Source: Eledone cirrhosa (taxonomy: Eukaryota). From it: DNA of 64,000 nucleotides. The translations under genes and the position numbers were made by a program. The notes beneath the pieces were generated by a model. The model saw nothing but the letters and a program-made list of their open reading frames with translations. It was not told where the DNA came from and searched no databases. Below are positions 58,185 through 64,000 of this stretch, in pieces; positions within the stretch are counted from its first letter, which is position 1, and each line of letters starts with the position of its first letter. The stretch covers positions 326,182,001-326,246,000 of the forward strand of contig OZ024741.1 of the NCBI GenBank assembly GCA_964016885.1. Reading direction: 5' to 3'.

Positions 58185-59377
58185 ACACGTTAACATGTAT
58201 AACAATTCGTGCAAATACACAGTTTTAAAATTGAAAGATTTAAAATATAACCATGTTTTGAAATTTCGTCTGCTGGTTTAACCATTAAATGTTTATATTT
58301 GCTAATGTATTTACAAACACTGAGGGCACCAATATAACACACGCGCACATATACACACCAACACACACACACACATACTCATACACAGTTACACACACAT
58401 CCAGGTAAACACACACATATATTTATATACATTGAATAGTTAATAAAATATATAAAATGTAATGATGTGTTCCCTAAACTTAAACTAACCAATCAAACAT
58501 TTGAACATTCCAGAAGGTAGAAAACTACAATGGGTGTAACAAATCGTAACGAAGGTGGGCGTTACAATTAAGCCATCTAAGTAGCGGCCAAAGACGCTCA
58601 CCTCAGAGAGGAACATCGCTGAAGCTTAAAGGATCATTCTTTTTTTTATAAATAAGTAAAGTATATAATAATTTACTGCGATGAAAAATGCATAATAAAA
58701 CATCTTCGCTGCATAGCAGTATTGTGTAAATAGCAAAAGCGGTGCAAGTGGGGTGTTATGGTAATATAACTTGTCACATGATTTGGCATGGGTGTGTATG
58801 GACTGTGCAATAGCAAATGCAGAATAAGTAATTTTCTTTGTGTGGTATGTTTAATTCGAGAAGTGTGAATTAGAAGTATATCAGCTTGCCAAATTTTAAG
58901 TTGAAATTATTTTATTTGAGAGAATAGGGCAAATGGCAAGAAGGAACATACTTGCAGGTCTAATCCAAGGCGGTAAACACACAGGTATATACATTAGTCG
59001 TGGCATACTGAGGTAAAGCTGTGATTTGCATAACATGCTATTGCTAGCGGATGTTGTTGTTTTGAGACAATACTACCTTAAATCCTTCTAGCAGGTAGTT
59101 TTATATGTATTTTTTATGTATATTTTATATGCAGTTTTATATGTATAGGCACTGCCATACCTGGCTATTTAGCATCATAAGTAAGCCCTGTGACATACGC
59201 AGAATTCTCCAAGTTGTTGCGACATATATTCCTGAATTAATTATATATATAAATATTTGAAAAATGATGATAGAAATATGTTTCGTAATGGTTTTAATTA
59301 ATTAATGGTCAAGTGTTTCAAAACTCTTTTTACATTTTGAAGTTCAAGGATTGTGTTTTTATTTTCTAGTATATATC

Positions 59378-59525
59378 TATATAAGACAGGCTGAATGAGA
59401 TGGAGTCCAGAACCCGACGAAACTTGAGTACCTACTTATGTCACTGTTGTAATTATTTATAGTAAACTCGTCCAATGGACTGAGTGTTCTTACCCTTGGA
59501 TATTTCCACCTAACATTTACAACAG
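59378..59525 (+). mobile_element. pLTR + tail with hammerhead-like motif 59388-59433 (8-nt core CUGAAUGA); inverted copy of the tail at about 60068-60142
   Basis: AGG-CUGAAUGA-GAUGG..CCGAC-GAAA-CUUGAG-UA-CCU. Confidence 0.7.
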
Positions 59526-59867
59526 TATATATATATATTTGTGTGTGTGTACACACACACATACACACACACTCACACACATATATATATATATTTCGCT
59601 GACAAATATATCAATATGCCCAGACATGTAGATATATTGCCCTTGGTATGACAGTGTGGTTTTAGCTCAATGTAGGATAACTAGTATACTACAGAGCCGT
59701 TATAGTTATAGGATGAAACACTGTTAGCTAATAAAACAATGTATTTCTAAGCACTCTTTGGTTATTCCTATAACTATATATATATATATATATATATACA
59801 TACACACATATATATATATGTGTATGTATGTATGTATGTATATATATATATATACATATATATATAC

Positions 59868-59954
<87 letters not shown>

Positions 59955-59980
59955 CATATATACACATATATATGTGTGTG

Positions 59981-60024
<44 letters not shown>

Positions 60025-60403
60025 AGTGTGTGTGTGTGTGTACGTGTACAAACATAAATATATATATATACTGTTGTAAATGTTAGGTGCAAATATGCAA
60101 GGGTAAGAACTCTTAGTCCATGGGACGATTTTACTATAAATACATATATATAGCGGCTATTGCCACTTTTTCCTGACATTAGTGATATCGTATCCAATTT
60201 TCATAGATATTATTTATTGCAATCGACTATTTTTATTTTTTACATTGGGGATTCCCACACTTTCAAATTCCACATCACTCAACGCTCTGATAAGTTCTAA
60301 GATTTGTTTACTTCCAGTTCTAGCCGCAAGATATTTAGTATAGAACCTTAAATTAGACGGAATGTTGGGTCAGTTACGATTTCGCGTAATGGATAATGCT
60401 TTC

Positions 60404-60537
60404 GCACGGTATTTAAAAGATAAGCAGTTTATTTATATGGTCCACGGTATTTAAAAGATAAGCAGTTTATTTATATGGTCGCACGGTATTTAAAAGATAA
60501 GCAGTTTATTTATATGGTCGCACGGTATTTAAAGGAT
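60404..60537. repeat. 39-bp minisatellite, about 3.5 copies
   Basis: GCACGGTATTTAAAAGATAAGCAGTTTATTTATATGGTC repeated. Confidence 0.95.
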
Positions 60538-60939
60538 ACGAAGTTTGTTTCTTCGTAGTGGCTATAGGACAGCATTTCCGTCTCTAAATGTGATTTACCG
60601 ACTTCACATCGTATGTTGTTACAATTATTTTCGGCGTTTGGGAATCACACATTTTCACACACACATACTCTCTAACACGCACCCCCCCCCCACACACGCG
60701 CGCACACACACACGCACACACACACATATATATATATTCATTTATTAAGGCTAAGTAAGGAGTCTTGTTGCTGAGGAGTTTCACCTGAGCCCTCGCATTA
60801 TCCTGCCTGATAATCCTGCAAGTGTGCTGGTGAAACTCCAGAGTAACAAGACTCATTACTTAACCATAATAAATGACTATCTAAACTCTACATCGGTATT
60901 GAGTACACTTTCCTCTCGTACGTCAACTACATATGTACA

Positions 60940-60989
<50 letters not shown>

Positions 60990-60995
<6 letters not shown>

Positions 60996-61479
60996 ATTAA
61001 ATAAATGGAAAACTATATTTATAAAACCATATTTATTTCATTATATATATTTCGGGGATATCATATTAACAATATGCTATGCCTTCATCAGACAAAATAC
61101 AATATAAACAGTTTTATAGATAAATATATTCGACATACCGTAATAAACATCAACTTCATTTGAAGAGGTTTACTCTAGCAGTAAACTTCATAAAAGAGGT
61201 TTACTGCTAGAGTAAACCTCTTCAAATGAAGTTGATGTTTATTACGGTATGTCGAATATATTTATCTATAAAACTGTTTATATTGTATTTTGTCTGATGA
61301 AGGCATAGCATATTGTTAATATGATATCCCCGAAATATATATAATGAAATAAATATGGTTTTATAAATATAGTTTTCCATTTATTTAATATTGTAAATAT
61401 ACTCCAAGTATTTGTCGAGTGCTTTTATATCAGTTATAAATATTTACTAGTTGTAACCCAACAATTTTAAATATAACTT

Positions 61480-61485
<6 letters not shown>
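60990..61485 (+). mobile_element. Fold-back pLTR element (arms 60990-61189 / 61196-61395, tail to about 61485); hammerheads at 61036-61097 (-) and 61288-61349 (+)
   Basis: 200-bp near-perfect palindrome. UUUUGU-CUGAUGA..GAAA-UAUAUA-UA^-AUGAAA. Confidence 0.9.
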
Positions 61486-61549
<64 letters not shown>

Positions 61550-61824
61550 TATATATAGCGAAAGAATGAAGAGTAACATGGTTGGCTGTAAAATAAGGGG
61601 CTTTATTTCAAGTAATGACAATTGTTTCATTGATCAGGTGAGTCTAGAGGTCGTTAATCGCTTGAAGTTGCGTTACTCGTTCTCACTTGATCAACACATC
61701 AAAGTACGTACACACACACACACACATATATATATGTGTGTGTGTTTATATATACGAGTATATATAGATATGTATATATATATGTATATATATATATATG
61801 TATATATATATGTATATATATATA

Positions 61825-62537
<713 letters not shown>

Positions 62538-63070
62538 TGTGTATGTGTGTGTGTGTGTGCTTAGCGTATTCATATAAATATACATAGGGTCATACGCACG
62601 TGCATTGCTTTATAGAGAATAACTCAAATTAAGATTTTCAAAAGTCTTTACCATTTCCATTTGAAAGGTAAACCCAAATTATGCTGGAAAATCCTAAAAG
62701 CTAAAACAAGCCGGTAATCATAATTAATGCTTCTTGAATAGACAAGTAAAAATTACTGGAGCGTGAAATAATCTTTCATCTGAAAATAGAAAATTCACAT
62801 TAGATACTATTGTTGTATAATTCATCATCGAATGCCCAAGACCTATCCGACTGAATAATGTCACTCCTTAGTTTCTATGGGAAAGTATTAGTCTTTAGGC
62901 TAGGATACAGAAACCCACACATGCACGCAAACACACAAAGACAGACATATACCTGCGTATGGACATGTATAATTACATACGTCATACATATATCTATATT
63001 TATATGTTTGTATAGATATCTATCTATGCATACACTCATACACGCACACACACATGTATATATATATCTG

Positions 63071-63109
<39 letters not shown>

Positions 63110-63115
<6 letters not shown>

Positions 63116-64000
63116 GAACAAAAGATGATTAAAAGAGTTCCATGTATTTTATTATGCGCATTTCAAAAACAAATATCATCATGCAATAATATTTGTGTTT
63201 TCATAGGATAAAATAGGAAGACATGATATGAAGGTTAAAAAACACTTGTGGATAGTGCAGTTTTAAATCAACATATGAAAAGTAGTTTTAGATTGATGTG
63301 TGATATTGGGAAAAATATATTTTTCAGGGCGGTGGGGTGGGGGTGGAAAGGATGAAAAAGAGGAGGAGATGAGAGTAAAAAGTGGAGAGGGAGGAATATA
63401 ATGAGGAAGGATGAGATAGGAGGAGAGATGGGTGATAGATAGAGAGAGATAGCTTTAATAACTGAGAAAAATATATTGTTTTACATAGAGAGGTTGAAAA
63501 CCGTTGGAAGATAATGTATAAATTAAAAGACTTTGAAAATTAACGAAGAGAAAAATAATGTAAAGTTAAGGTTTGTATATTGAAGGGTTTAATAATATGG
63601 GCGATGAAAAGAAAATGTTAATATGTATTAAGAATAATATTTAAGGGTTTAATAATATGTGCGATGGAAAGAAAAAGTTAATATGTATTAAGAGTAATAT
63701 TTAAGGGTTTAATAATATGTGCGATGGAAAGAAAATGTTGATATGTATTATTAAAAAGAACAAGTAATGTAAGTAAGGATATATTGTGAGATGAGCATGA
63801 GTAAGTTAGATGAAAGGGAGAAAAAATAATGAATTGGGGATGAATAATCTAACGTCAAAAAATGTTTATGTTTACGAAGGATTTTTACAAGGTGATATAT
63901 AGTAAGAATGTATTGTATTGTGTAATAATTGTTTCTATGTTAGGCAACAGTGAGAAAAGGTACAGATTAGGGGTTAGACATTAAAAGAAAAAGAGAAGAA
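63110..64000 (-). mobile_element. PLE pLTR/3' UTR of the 37713 family (tail-less end at (TA)n; hammerhead core decayed); contains a 60-bp tandem repeat at 63583-63750
   Basis: 63110-63273 matches 37716-37880 and continues to the window end. Confidence 0.75.

Noticed and set aside
60760-60854. Apparent hammerhead CUGAGGA...GAAA-CUCCAGAG-UA
   Set aside because: Better explained as a short inverted repeat. Stem I would be out of register by 2 nt, and the alternative core CUGAUAA is decayed.

Overview
AT-rich, microsatellite-saturated eukaryotic (metazoan) genomic DNA. I found no host protein-coding gene, so the window is probably intergenic or intronic. The SINE families and (TA)n/(CA)n density suggest an octopus-like cephalopod (inference). 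It is a mosaic of transposons: the 5' part of a decayed Helitron (1-2515); several Penelope-like element (PLE) fragments of Naiad type (RT with DKT and YRDD, CxCx5C linker, GIY-YIG), one with a large inversion (8010-13162); a near full-length Tx1/L1-type LINE (27775-33748); R4/Dong-like and CRE-like RLE LINE fragments; and many tRNA-derived SINEs. The main signal missed by the ORF track is RNA structure. I read about 28 type I hammerhead ribozyme (HHR) motifs by eye, some intact and some decayed, and most have a palindromic, dimer-type stem III. Five lie in a near-perfect 466-bp head-to-tail tandem array (5429-7814) that looks like a retrozyme / circular-RNA unit. Others lie in small non-coding fold-back elements inserted in (TA)n, whose unpaired 3' tails share a covarying ACTC-N(11-17)-GAGT motif. 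All structures were read by eye; none was computed or tested.
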